From Squalus acanthias (Eukaryota), in the NCBI GenBank assembly GCA_030390025.1, contig CM059431.1:100876001-100940000 (forward strand): DNA of 64,000 bases, written 5' to 3'. The position numbers were made by a program, and so were the translations under genes. Below are positions 1 to 12,195 of the stretch, piece after piece. The stretch's first letter is position 1. Each line of letters begins with the position of its first letter. The notes under the pieces were generated by a model. The model saw nothing but the letters and a program-made list of their open reading frames with translations, had not been told where the DNA came from and did no database searches.

Positions 1-21
1 AATTTTCAGACTCAGAACGGC

Positions 22-46
22 GTGTGTGTGTGTGTGTGTGTGTGTG
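22..46. repeat. (GT)n microsatellite
   Basis: Direct observation. Confidence 0.9.
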
Positions 47-834
47 ATTCAAACTTTTTTTTCCAATCTAGCAGCGATTTCTATTTAATTTCCCTCCTTT
101 CTTGGCAAGTGAAGCAACAACAGTTGACAGAGGTTTTTAAAGATTTAAATCTGGAGAACTGGTAATTGCTTTTTTTTACACACTCTTCTCCCGAGTTCCG
201 GTGTAAAATATCTGCAGGCGGTCCATCTCCACACAAAGCAACCTGCTCCACTCCGGCGCACAAGATCTACAATTACAAATGCAGTATTCGCACTTCGGGT
301 TCATTAATATGCACAAAATCCCACCGCTAATCTTATAATCCGTTTTGTTTCATTAATTGCCTTTCTAACACAGGCGGGAAAAGAAAGAGAGAGAAAAAAA
401 AGCAGAAATGAAAACACATCCAACCCTTCTGCTTTGCCACTCAATACTTTGTTTTTTTTTAAAAAGAGGAGAGTACAGACACATTTACACGTTCCTCCAG
501 GGATACCAACACGTTTCGACATCTGGCATCACCCCCACCCAGAAACAGGATCTGAAACTTTCCGACACATTAACAAGCCAACAACCAACACTTAAAAAAA
601 ATATACTAAACAACACAATTAAACAGATTAAATTGCCCCTTCGTCACGTTTAAAACTCATTGACGAATTTCGCACCATTTCAAAAAGCAGGGCAAATTCC
701 AATTTTCCTGTCTAATTTACTCGCCCAATAACAAACTTTGCTGTTTTCTCAATTAACGTTTATCACTTAACACAATAGAACTTTGGCAGACGCACACACA
801 AAGTGCAAAAAAACTGCAACAAATACACTAACAT

Positions 835-1225
835 TTCAAATCCCTCCATGGTCCTCGCCCCCCCCCCCCCCACCTCCCCTCCCTATCTCTGTAATCTCCT
901 CCAGCCCCACAAACCCATCCCCCTCCCCCCGAGATCTCTGCGCTCCTCCAATTCTACCCTCTTGTGCATCCCCGATTTTCATCGCTCCACCATTGGCGGC
1001 CGTGCCTTCAGCTGCCTGGGCCCTAAGCCCTGGAATTCCCTCCCTAAACCTCTCCGCCTCTCTCTCCTCCTTTAAGACGCTCCTTAAAACCTACCTCTGT
1101 GACCAACCTGTCCTAATATCTACTTATGCGGCTCGGTGTCAAATTTTGTTTGATAATTGCTCCTGCAAAGCGCCTTGGGACGTTTTACTATGCTAAAGGC
1201 ACTATATCAATACAAGGTGTTGTTG
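835..1225 (+). mobile_element. L2-clade LINE 3' fragment
   Basis: PYLCNLLQP...RSLRSS...GGRAFSCLGP..WNSLP; tail stem aagcgcctt...aaggcact followed by (tgt)n. Confidence 0.85.
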
Positions 1226-2232
1226 AATAAATTGGGCGAGCCCATGATCAATGTTAAAAATTAACGCAAAGATCTGAATAATGAATACTTGAGAGGAGTT
1301 CAAGGATATCACTCCAAAATTGGGGTTCAAACGAGGGCCTACACTCAAGGGACAGAAGTTGGAGAAAATTAAAAATGTTCCCCCATCGCCACTTTGAGAT
1401 GAAGCAGTAGCCTTTCACTTTGAGGTGTCCATAATGATATCTGCCACATGTAAGACTAGGGTATGGATTATCTTAGACAATATACCTGAAGTAAATCAAT
1501 CTGGAGTATTGCCAATATTATACTGCATGTAAAATGTAACGCATGCTGGGGTATTGATTTACAAAATCATATATATGTGTTTTTCCCTTGAATAAAATAA
1601 ACTAATGAAGGGAAACCTGTTTCCTGTTGGCCAAAAACCAACTGAGTAAGGATCAGGTGACTGACAGAAGGCTATTACAACCCTTTGTGAGGTCATCACG
1701 AAGGATTACAGCAAGGATTGACTTGCCACTGAACTGTTACATAAAGAGCAATAGATTCATGGCAGTTGTTACAAGGGCGGGATATTCAAAAGGGTCAAGT
1801 GACCTCACCAAACCCAAAGATTCCAACATCGCTTGCAATTTCTTCCAAAGTTAACCCTTAGTTCACACAAGTGTGAAGAGTAGAGCGATGGCACAGAGCA
1901 TTTACCCTTCAAGCTCCAACACACGGTGTCATCAAGTGATAGAACATTGATTCACACCGGTGACTTCCCACACAACAAATTCTTGATCTCAATTGGGCCA
2001 TAAAGGATAGCTGTGTTGGTTTGACCCAGGGAAGAAGGGATATTTGGAGGAGGATTCATTTATGCAGTAGCTAGAGTTCACATGGCCCAGATTTTCTTGG
2101 GGACTTGTGCCATTGTAATGGCGCATCTAAGACATAGCGACCCATGAGCGGCGCAAAGAGGAAAGAGGAAATTATGGACTAGGTGGCACGCCATATTTTC
2201 CTGGGAATATTGTGCCACTCCACTGTTACTAT

Positions 2233-2947
2233 GGACCCAGAAATTGCTGGAAAAATAATGGCAAGTTCACGGCGCCCACCTTTATTAGTGCATAAAAAAC
2301 CCTGTAATTTGTGGCGAGGAAGAGGTACGCTGAAAGTTGTGAATCGCCACAAGTTGCTGGACAATGTGCGCTGCTCCGCTGTTAGCCTTTTGAAAACGGC
2401 AGCGCGCCCTCAACCTCCCCATCAGTTTCAAAAAATTGCTGGATTTGCGCCGTAATACAAATGAATCCCGTCCCAGATATTTAGGGCGAGTACTTCATGT
2501 CGAAAGGACCCCGTTAATGACGTGGTTTATGGTCCTGATGTGAAACTCAACCTCTCCGGCCCAGAAAGGGAACAATTGAAACTGTGGAGTCTGACTCCTG
2601 CAGCTAGTAAATTGTTCCTAGAGGTTATTTAATTTTAAATTGTAAAATGTTTTCTTAACTTTCCTTTCTGTCTCTTTTTTCTCTCTCTCTCTCTCTCTTA
2701 ATCCAATCTTTCTTTCCCTCTCTTTTTTTTCTCTACCTGATTTGACTCTAATTCACCCGATTTCCTTCTCCGTCGTTCCTCTGTTTCTTTGTCTATCCTT
2801 AAAATTTATGGGTTAAGGAGACAGACTGTTGGTCCCGTCAGTCCCAGCAGTTTACAGTGCAAAAATAATACGATCTGAAGGGTGAGGAAAACAATCCAAT
2901 TCACGTGGCTCGCCGCGAGATGCCCCACTCCAGTAAATTCTAGGCCT
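2233..2947. mobile_element. MITE-like element with imperfect 18-bp TIRs
   Basis: ggacccagaaattgctgg versus the reverse complement of the right end, aggcctagaatttactgg. CpG-richer ends and a CT-rich interior. Confidence 0.55.
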
Positions 2948-3361
2948 AAGTGTCCAGGAGGTCCAATAGACCACCTGAGCTCTTTGTAAACCAGGTTTGG
3001 CACCCCATTGGATTTACAATCCATACAGTGTCAAACCAAAGTGGTGTAAGACCAAGCCTCCAGGTAATCACTCCGTTAGGTCAGGCTCTGACTACTGATT
3101 AATACCGCCAATTTTATTTAAGTTTGATCTCTGGATGTGGGTAACGCTGGTAGGACCCCATTCATTGTCCATCCCAAGTTACCCTGAGAAGGCCGAGGTA
3201 GACTGCAGCCTTGAACTACTGCGATCTTGTAGTTTAGCATAGTGTGAAGCAGAAATCATTTCACATTGATGCTAAACTGAGGCCACTTTGGGTCACTTTC
3301 CTGAACCAGTTAACAGGCGAGTATAGGCTTCATTTGGCTCAGGAATAAGTGACTGATCCCA

Positions 3362-3715
3362 TCTAGAATCATAGAATCCTACAGCACAGCAGGAGGCCAC
3401 TCGGCCCATCGTGCCTGTGCCGGCTCTTTGAAAGAGCTCTCCAATTAATCCCATTCCCCCTGTTCTTTCCCCAGAGCCCTGCAAACTTTTCCTTTTCAAG
3501 TATTTATCCAATTCCCTTTTGAAAGTTATTATTAACTCTGCTTCCATCGCCCTTTCAGGCAGCGCATTCCAGATCACAGCAACTCACTGCCTAAAACAAA
3601 TTCTCCTCATCTCCCCTCTGGTTCTTTTGCCAATTATCTTAAATCTGTGTCCTCTGGTTACCGACCCTCCTGCCTGTGGAAACAGTTTCTCCTTATTTAA
3701 TCAAGCAAAAACCAT
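3362..3715 (-). mobile_element. CR1 3' fragment
   Basis: IWNALPERAMEAE...FKRELDKYL; tail ttctatgattct. Confidence 0.85.
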
Positions 3716-4223
3716 CTCTTAGTCAAAGAATAGTGTCCAGCCTACACAGGCCCTGAAGGAGAGAAGGGTGTTAAATCAGCAAAACTAGAAGCCAATGAAG
3801 GATTTAAAAATAAATAGATTTTTCATTATGGTAATGTGGCAGCCATACTGACTGCAGTTGAAAGTAGAAGTGAAGGTTTAGAAACCAATTGTGTTATTGA
3901 ACTTATATTACAAGGACGTTTCTATAAAGATTCAGCAGTTCATGTTCCTGTAATTGTCAACTTCCGATATCAGGCAGTCATTGTTATTGAAATTGTTCAG
4001 CATTAAATGCTATCTCTACACCCATGTACCCCACAGGCCAGTTACATTTTTAAGAATCTCTATATATTACACAAATTATGGGTATATGGGGCATGAATTA
4101 TAAGTGTGTGTGTGTAGGGGAGCCACATTAGTTTAGGGCTTGTATGATCACTTGTGGCTATACAACAGGTATGCGCATTACTCCCAAACTAAATCAGCTC
4201 CATTCTTGAAATAAAAATACATA

Positions 4224-4346
4224 CAGGTTGAGCGTCCAAAATCCGGAGTTCCGGAATCCGGACTCCGGGACAATTGGTGGCAGGGTCGTTTGGATTCCGT
4301 AAAATGTTCCGGAATCCGGAACTCCGGATTTTGGACGCTCAACCTG
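4224..4346. mobile_element. Tc1/mariner (pogo/Tigger-like) MITE
   Basis: Perfect 32-bp TIR CAGGTTGAGCGTCCAAAATCCGGAGTTCCGGA, flanked by TA on both sides. Confidence 0.85.
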
Positions 4347-4348
4347 TA

Positions 4349-4786
4349 CTTCAAAAAGCCATTAACTTTTGTTGTCTTTTTTTTTAAATCCTATGAAAAA
4401 TGCGAGTGATGCAATAAAACTTTAGTGTTGTGTTTTATCCTCTTTAATCTGCACAGCTCCACTAAGTGTTTCCGCCAGGCTGCGGCCACGGCACCACGCC
4501 GCCCTGGTGGCCTAGTGTGGGCCATCGGATGCTCTGCTGGAGCGCGCAGCGTCCCTCCCCTTTAACAGAAGGGGAGGGGCGGAGAAAAGCGTCAGCGCTA
4601 CGCGGAGCAGCCCAGGCATTTCCGGACTCGGAACGTGTTTCTGATGTCCGAAGTCCGGAAACGCCCGAGCCCAGGTTGCGATATTTCCGGACTTCGGACA
4701 TCAGAAACACGTTCCAAAGTCCGGAAAAACACGAAAACCGGCTTGGCCTCGGTCCCGAGTTTGCCAGATTCAGGACGCTCAACCTG
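4349..4786. mobile_element. Body and right end of a longer element of the same TcMar family
   Basis: Many TCCGGA repeats; ends in ggacgctcaacctg followed by TA (4787-4788), the same right TIR as at 4346. Confidence 0.65.
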
Positions 4787-4869
4787 TACGATATATTTAT
4801 TATAATAATGTACTATACAGTATTTATTTCACATCATCAACTCCAGAGCAGTATAGCAATACTCTTTCA

Positions 4870-5125
4870 CAGCAACAACAACTTGCATTTATATAGCGCC
4901 TTTAATGTAGTAAAACGTCCTATGGTCCTTCACAGGAGCGATTATCAAACAAAATTTGACACCGAGCCACATCAGCAGATATTAGGGCAGGTGACCCAAA
5001 GCTTGGTGAAAGAGGTAGGTTTTAAGGGGCGTCTTAAAGGAGGAAAGAGAGGTGGAGAGGTGGAGAGGTTTAGGGAGGGAATTCCAGAGCTTAGGGCCCA
5101 GGCAGCTGAAGGCATGGCCACCACT
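4870..5125 (-). mobile_element. L2 3' fragment
   Basis: caacaacaacttgcatttatatagcgccttt tail and the shared L2 body. Confidence 0.85.
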
Positions 5126-5509
5126 GCTGAAGTGAAGGAAATAGGGGATTTCACAGGACTATTATACTACACAGAAAACATGAAATAATCAGTAAGTTCC
5201 CCCACATATCATTACCCGTCTACAAATCACAACAGGAAAAATTAAGGACAGCAAACACAACTGTAAAAGAAAGTAAAAGACATCAGCACTTAAGGAAAAA
5301 TCCTTTCTTTCCCTCTAACCCTATCTGCCATCAAGTCCGTCTCTCCCTCTTGGAGCTGATGCCCCTCTTATTAATTTTAATACTTCTTATTCATTCCACA
5401 TCTGATTTTACCTCCATTTTGTCTGCTTCTCTCCTGAAGGTTCTTCCTTATGCTGCGGTAGAGTCCAGGACCTTTCTTCGTGCAGTATTCGCGGAGCACA
5501 AAACTGTTC

Positions 5510-6430
5510 CGACCTAATGTAGTCACTGTTGTAATGTAGGAAACCGCAGCAGCCAATTTGTGCACAGCAAGCTCCCACAAACAGCAATGTGACAATGATC
5601 AGATAACCAGTTTTAGTGATGTTGGTTGCAGGATAAATATCGACTCGATCACCAGGGAGAACTCCCATGCTCTACTTTGAAATAGTGGCCATGGGATCTT
5701 TTATGTCCACCTGAGAAGGCAGACGGGGCCGCGGTTTAATGTCTTATCCGAAAGACGGCACCTCTGACAGTGCGGCGCTCCCTCAGTACTGACCCTCCGA
5801 CAATGCAGCACTCGCTCAGTACTGACCCTCCGACAGTGCGGCGCTCCCTCAGTATTGCCCCTCCGACAGTGCGGCGCTCCCTCAGTATTGTCCCTCCGAC
5901 AGTGCAGCACTCCCTCAGTACTGACCCTCCGACAGAGCAGCGCTCCTTCAGTACTGACCCTCCGACAGTGCAGCATGCCCTCAGTACTGCCCCTCTGACA
6001 GTGCAGCACGCCCTCAGTACTGCCCCTCCGACAGTGTGGCGCTCCCTCAGTACTGCCCCTCCGACAGTGCAGCACTCCCTCATTACTGCCCCTCCGACAG
6101 TGCAGCACTCCCTCAGTACTGCCCCTCCGACAGTGCAGCACTCTCTCAGTACTGCCCCTCCGACAGTGCGGCGCTCCCTCAGTACTGCCCCTCCGACAGT
6201 GCAGCACTCTCTCAGTACTGCCCCTCCGACAGTGCAGCACTCTCTCAGTACTGCCCCTCCAACAGTGCGGCGCTCCCTCAGTACTGCCCCTCCGACAGTG
6301 CAGCACTCCCTCAGTACTGCACTGCAAGTGTCAGCCTAGATTTTGTGCTCAAGTCTCTGAGCGGGACTTGAACCCACAACCATCTGACTCATAGGCGAGC
6401 GTGCTACCCACTGAGCCACGGCTGACACCA
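5510..6430 (-). mobile_element. Deu-domain tRNA-derived SINE (SacSINE1-like) with an internal minisatellite
   Basis: A-box gtggctcagtgg and B-box ggttcaagtccc at the 6360-6430 end; Deu core ggtgccgtctttcggat..aaaagatcccatggc. The family name is from memory. Confidence 0.8.
5760..6320. repeat. 33-bp minisatellite, about 17 copies
   Basis: Unit ccctccgacagtgcagcactccctcagtactgc; it produces the 11-aa repeat ORFs (STAPPTVQHSL). Confidence 0.95.
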
Positions 6431-6743
6431 TAGGCAGCAGTAATGAGACCACTGGCTATTTATTTCCCTTCCAGTGTTCTGGGATGTCAGAACTGTTTGT
6501 TGCACCCCTACTGCAGCTCCTTCTGAGCTCAACTAACTCAACACAGATTTATTTTTGTTGGGTAAGGGAATTAAGGGTTACAGAACCAAGGCGGGTAGCT
6601 GGAGTTGAGATACAGATCAGCCGTGATCTAATTGAATCGCAGAACAGGTTCGAGGGACTGAATGGCCTCCTCCTGATCCGATGTTCCTCAACCTGTATGT
6701 TTCAGCACCACACAGAGTTGTTCATTTATCCACTCAAACATTA

Positions 6744-7441
6744 GGGGGGGGGGAAATTGGCTCACGCCCCCTTCGGGGCGATAACTTCGCCGGGGCGCTA
6801 CTATTAGCGCTCCGAAAATGTTAGCTGCCCCCGCGTCCGAAATTCAATAGTAGCACCCCAAGCAGGAGGCGGGGCGCTACTGGAAGTGCTCCCCCTCCCT
6901 CTTGGGGCGCTCCCATGGAATATCGCACGCTACGTGCAACAGGCCTCCCTCCCCTGATTAAAGAGGGGCCTAGCGCAGTGCGCTCCGGGGCCCTGCTGGA
7001 CCACCGGGGAGCGTGGTGCCGGCGAAAGAGCCCAGTACTCAAGAGGAGTGCCGGGCTGACGGATCACGGCCGGCACCCCGCAGGAGGAGGCGAGAGGGGG
7101 CAGGTGCTGGCAGGCGGCCCAAAAAAAAAGACCACCCGGCACCGGCCCTTTAATTATCGCCCCCCCAGCCGCAAAAACACCACCCTGACCCTGTCGGACA
7201 TGGCGCCCGCGGTAGGTCAGGGGGCACGAGCCAAGTTTGTGGCCGGGGCACGAGCAGGGCGCTGCGCACGGCGATGATGTCATCACCAGAGGAGCAGTGC
7301 CGCGGGGCACTACCGGCCACCGCTACCGCTAACCTCCCGCTGTATTTTGTTGGAGGCGTTAGCGGCGCCGCGCCCGGGCGCTAGTTGCTTTACGCCCCGT
7401 TATCGCTAACGGGAGGCGCAAAGCAACCAAATTTTTCCCCC
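6744..7441. mobile_element. GC/CpG-rich non-autonomous DNA element (MITE-like, superfamily unresolved)
   Basis: Termini gggggaaattgg / ccaaatttttccccc and repeated ggggcg(c/a)ta motifs. Homologous to 33999-34260 plus 36580-37026. Confidence 0.65.
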
Positions 7442-8306
7442 TTTGAATTTAGCACATTTCTCCAGTTCTCGGCTTAGTGATATGGCTACTGTCAGACACT
7501 ACTGTCATATTTGCATCACATGACTATGAGAGCCTAATCGAAAGTCATAGAAAAAACAAATTAGTTCTCCGAGAAACAACAAAAACAATTATTTCAGCCC
7601 AGAAAATTTGCAGGGCTCTGGGGAAAGAGCAGGGGGAGTGGGACTAATTGGAGAGCTCGTTCAAAGAGCCGGCACAGGCACGATGGGCCGAATGGCCTCC
7701 TGTGCTCTACAATTCTATGTAAATTAGATGCGCATGCTGCAAACATAATTGATGGTATAATTACAAATACCAAACTGTTCTAGATGTGATATGACATTTA
7801 AATAACTCGTGGTCACAACAAGACCCAACAATCTGACTCACAGTTTTATTGCTTGTGTATTTTACAGTTCAATCCAATTATTTAAATGTTGGATTACTGC
7901 AACCAGTGTGGTATCTTTTATCTTCTATATCAGCTTGGCTTTTTTTCCATGTCCATTTCATCCCCTCCTGAAGGCGTTGACTCCTTGCAAGGACACTGTT
8001 CCACAGACACTGGTTGCTGTGCGGGACCTTTCCATGCTAGTTATTATTCATGTGTGATCCCATATAGTGAGTGCCCACAGGCTAATTGACTGTGGGGGTG
8101 GGGGTGGGGGGGGGGGAGAGGGTAGCACAGGCGAGCCTACTCCAATGTCTACACCTCTTCAGCAGGGGCCAATCAATGGATAACAATCAGGAGCACAAAG
8201 CCCGGCTGGGTTTTCCTTCCGAATCCAGGGGAGTTGATGTCAATTGTTGCATGCCTATTGTTGCCCTGGGTAGTGGTTATATCAGAACAAAGTCAAACGT
8301 AGCTGT

Positions 8307-8507
8307 CATGATGCGGAGATGCCGGTGTTGGACTGGGGTGGACAAAAGTGAGAAGTCGCACATCACCAGGTTATAGTCCAACAGCTTTATTTGAAATCAC
8401 AAGCTTTCGGAGCGCTGCTCCTTCTTCACCTGACGAAGGAGCAGTGCTCCGAAAGCTTGTGATTTCAAATAAAGCTGTTGGACTATAACCTGGTGTTGTG
8501 CGACTTC
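8307..8507. mobile_element. Penelope-like fold-back insertion, family A
   Basis: 73-bp inverted arms at 8352-8424 and 8435-8507. TSD tcaaac(g/t)tagctgt at 8293-8306 and 8506-8519. Same sequence family as 48516-49089. Confidence 0.8.
8426..8462 (+). ncRNA. Minimal type I hammerhead ribozyme motif
   Basis: tcac-CTGACGA-A-GGAGC agt GCTCC-GAA-AGCT-T-gtga. Stem I is tcac/gtga, stem II is 5 bp, helix III is the palindrome AGCT. Confidence 0.75.
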
Positions 8508-8674
8508 AAACTTAGCTGTGACATAGCTCTTGATCAAATCGCCTGCTAACAAGATTTGCACGTGAATACTCGGAACAAACTAGTGAATCAAATCTGGGAT
8601 CTTCCTGGTTTGTACAATTCAACCACCCTTTGCAAAAGCTTGCTGAGAGATTGGGGGAGCCATTTTGTGCTTTC

Positions 8675-9180
8675 AGCAACAACAACTTGCATTTATATAA
8701 TGTCTTTATAGTTGTGTAACGTCCCAAGGCGCTTCACAGGAGCGTTATCAGACAAAAATTGGCACCGAGCCACATAGGGAGGTATTAGGACAAGTGACCA
8801 AAAGCTTGGTCAAAGAGGTAGGTTTTAAGAAGCTACTTAAAAGAGGAGAGGTGGAGAGGCTTAGGGTGAGAATTCTAGAGCTTAGGGCCCAGGCAGCTGA
8901 AGAAGGCATGACCGCCAATGGTGGGGCGAATTAATCGGGGATTTGCAAGAGGCCAGAATTGGAGTAGCACAGAGATCTCGGAGGGTTGTAGAGCTGGAGG
9001 AGGTTACAGAGATAGTGATGGGGGAAAGGCCGTGGAGGGCTTTGAATGCAAAGATGAGAATTTTGAAATCGAGGCGTTGCTTAACTGGGAGCCAATGTAG
9101 GTCAGCGAGCACAGGGGGTGATGGGTGAACGGGACTTGGTGCGAGTTAGGATACGGACAGCAGAGTTTTGGATGAGCTCT
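8675..9180 (-). mobile_element. L2 3' fragment
   Basis: LADLHWLPVKQRLDFKILIFAFKALHGL and the L2 tail. Confidence 0.87.
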
Positions 9181-9721
9181 AGGGGAAGAACAGTTGCAAT
9201 TATAAAAGTTTTCTCATGAAAGAAACACTTAATTCAGTTATCACCCATACTTCTCAAAAATGTTCTCCTCCCCGCTCCTTCACTATTAACAATTACATAC
9301 CTAGGAAAACAGTCAGCTGGTCCTAGGAACACAGAAGTGCCATTAGGTGATTTGTTTATACTCATTCTCTCCCAAGAAGAAGCATTGACGGGAAGGGCAG
9401 GGAAGTGAGTTTAAAGTCTGCAACTGAATCAAGGGTTTTAGATGATGTCGTAGACAGGTGAGGTATATGGTCTACACCTCACTGTTGATATGCCGCGTAG
9501 TAGGATTACTGAAAGAATGTGCGCGCGGGGCACCAAACCCTTGGCTCCCTGCCCATACTTTCCTCTTTCACACATTAGATTTTCATTTTTCTTCACCAAT
9601 TCGCTTCCTTTGTCTGTTGAAGGTTTTGACTCCTTGTTGGTGTGTAGACCATGGGTGTCAGGCATCACCCAGTCCCTCACCCAAGTCTCTATTATTCGCG
9701 TGTAAGCCTCGACAGTAAGAA

Positions 9722-10190
9722 AGAAAAAAAATGACTTGTATTTATATAGCGCCTTTCATTACTTCAGGACATCTCAAAGCATTTTACAGCCAATGAAGTA
9801 CTTTTGAAGTGTAGTCACTGTTGTAATGCAGAAAACACAGCAGCCAATTTGTGCATAGAAAGCTCCCACAAACAGCAATGTGATAATGACCAGATAATCT
9901 GTTTTTGTGATGTTGATTGAGGGATAAATATTGGCCAGGACACCGGGGAGAACTCCCCTGCTTTTCTTCAAAATAGTGCCATGGGATCTTTTACATCCAC
10001 CTGAGAGCAGACGGGGCCTCGGTTTAACATCTCATCTGAAAGACGGCACCTCCGACAGTGCAGCACTCCCTCAGTACTGCACTGGGAGTGTCAAGCAAGA
10101 TTTTTGTGCTCAAGTCTCTGGAGTGAGACTCCGAATCCACAACCTCCTGACTTAGAGGCGAGAGTGCTACCCACTGAGCCACGGCTGGCA
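9722..10190 (-). mobile_element. Deu-domain SINE, full length
   Basis: tRNA-like head, Deu core and L2-like tail; about 470 bp. Confidence 0.85.
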
Positions 10191-11707
10191 TTTAAGAGTG
10201 TGCATCAGTAGGCTATTTGAGTGTAGAAGACATCACAGCTGATCCTGTTCATACCCAACACACATGCACCCAACACCCCACACACACTGGCGAGCGACCC
10301 GGAGTGGGAATTACGATTTTCCCGTCCCTAACGCAAAGGTGCTGAGACCGACTGTAATGCTGTTACAATCCTCCTGACTGGGATCTGCTAACTCAACGCA
10401 GACTGGAGACTGAACCTGGCGACACCTTCCTAATCTGTATTACTCACATGATAAATTCATTGAGCCATCAAGAAAAACGCATTTACAGTTCTGAAGATAA
10501 GCAACAATAAATGGAAATATTACGGGCTTTCGCTGAAAATAAATCTTGCAAAAAGCAATAGGTTCCCGGGATTCATTAAGCACTCCCTTTAGCCACACCC
10601 CCTCTATGCTTTATTAAGCTAATGAATGTTAAGACAGGCAACATTTGATGCATTTCCCTTTTGTCCCTAAAGATCAATAAATTACTGTAGTCGGTTTTAA
10701 TTTAAATGAAACGATTTATTTAATTGGGAAAATTCTCTCTGTTGTGAAGATGATGTTGTCAAAGAATGTAATAAAGGACCTTAAAACAATGAAGACATTG
10801 GTTGGGGAAGCCCTAGGCATGAATTAACAGAATAAAACAAATGTTGCCTGCATGTCCCGTTGAGATGAATGAAAATATTATGCAAAACATACAATGTAGA
10901 TTTTATTAGGTCCATGGGGTTATTTTGGTTTCATGTTACTATTGGAAATTTAGAACTGGTATATTTAATATCAGTACATTCAGTTTACCTAATATTAAAT
11001 CTTATATTATGATTTATGCTGTGTCATAATCTGGTTACACTGAAAAAGGTTATGTGCTCTTTAAATTATTTTTTTTTTATAAACAACAAAGTATAGATCC
11101 GATTTCAATACTGAATTAAGTTACTGACACGCTCACTAACTAACTCTGCAATACATTTACTAATTCATGATCCCTATTAAGGCATTTGACAAGCAGATAC
11201 TTATTAGGGTGCAGTACAAGAGTCCTGTAAAACAATTACACATAACACTGAGTCAATAGGTTAGTGGAATGCAATAAATAACGCGGTGTACAGTTGGGGT
11301 CAGGCACTGATATGTAGGTAGGCTTGTGTATGCATTGCATGTGACAGTGAGAGATGGAGCTCATTTTTGGTGCATTTGGAAGCATGCACTTTAATTTCCT
11401 AAAATGAGTCTCTTTTGTCACAATACCAATTACACACAAGTTGTTGGTGGTTATTTGAATATATATTTAGAATAGTACTCCACATAAACGGCTAAACTAC
11501 ATACATATTATTTCACAATTGGCGCTATATTGCCACACCCCTGTTTGCAGGTTATGGATTGGCTATGTGCTCATGGATGGAATGTGCTGTCACATCGTGA
11601 AGACCAAGACCGTACAAAGTGAATCAGAATACCTAGAAGTCTGGGCTGCTTTGGGATTTACTGATCACAATCCAGCTTTCCTAGGCTAAAAGTGAATCCC
11701 CTTTATA

Positions 11708-12195
11708 GTAACAGGAGGAGGCCATTCAGCCCTTCGAGTCTGTTCCGCCATTCAATTAGATCATGGCTGATCTGTATCTTAACTCCATCTACCCGTCTTG
11801 GTTCCATAACTCTTAATACCCTTGTCTAACAAAAATCTATCAATCTCAGCTTTGAAATTTTCAATTGACCCCCCCAGCCGCAACAGCTTTTTGGGGGAGA
11901 GAGTTCCAGATTTCCACTCCCCTTTGTGTGAAGAAGTGCTTCCTGACATCACCCCTGAACGGCCTGGCTCTAATTTTAAGATTGTGCCCCCTTGTTCTGG
12001 ACTCACCCCCACCAGAGGAATTATTCTCTCTCTAACTACCCTATCAAATCCTTTAATCATCTGAAACACCTCAATTAGATCACCCCTTAATCTTCTATAT
12101 TCGAGGGAATTCAAGCCTAGTCTATGCAATTTCATAATTTAACCCTTTTAGCCCCTGTATCATTCTGGTGAATCTGCGCTGCAACCCCTCCAAGC
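11708..12195 (-). mobile_element. CR1 3' fragment
   Basis: RLGLNSLEYRRLRGDLIEVF...FKAEIDRFL. Confidence 0.88.

Noticed and set aside
4466..5188. 240-aa ORF
   Set aside because: It runs across a TcMar element, unique DNA and an antisense L2, and has no recognisable protein features.
5701..6371. Repeat-protein ORFs or a CRISPR-like array
   Set aside because: Head-to-tail 33-bp units without unique spacers, derived from a SINE segment; eukaryotic context and no cas genes.
6744..7441. CpG-island promoter
   Set aside because: It has terminal inverted repeats and a homologous copy at 34.0/36.6-37.0 kb, and no adjacent exon was found.
8398..8434. Minus-strand hammerhead in the 8.3-kb fold-back
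   Set aside because: The core reads GTGAAGA and the 5' strand of stem I is lost at the inversion point.
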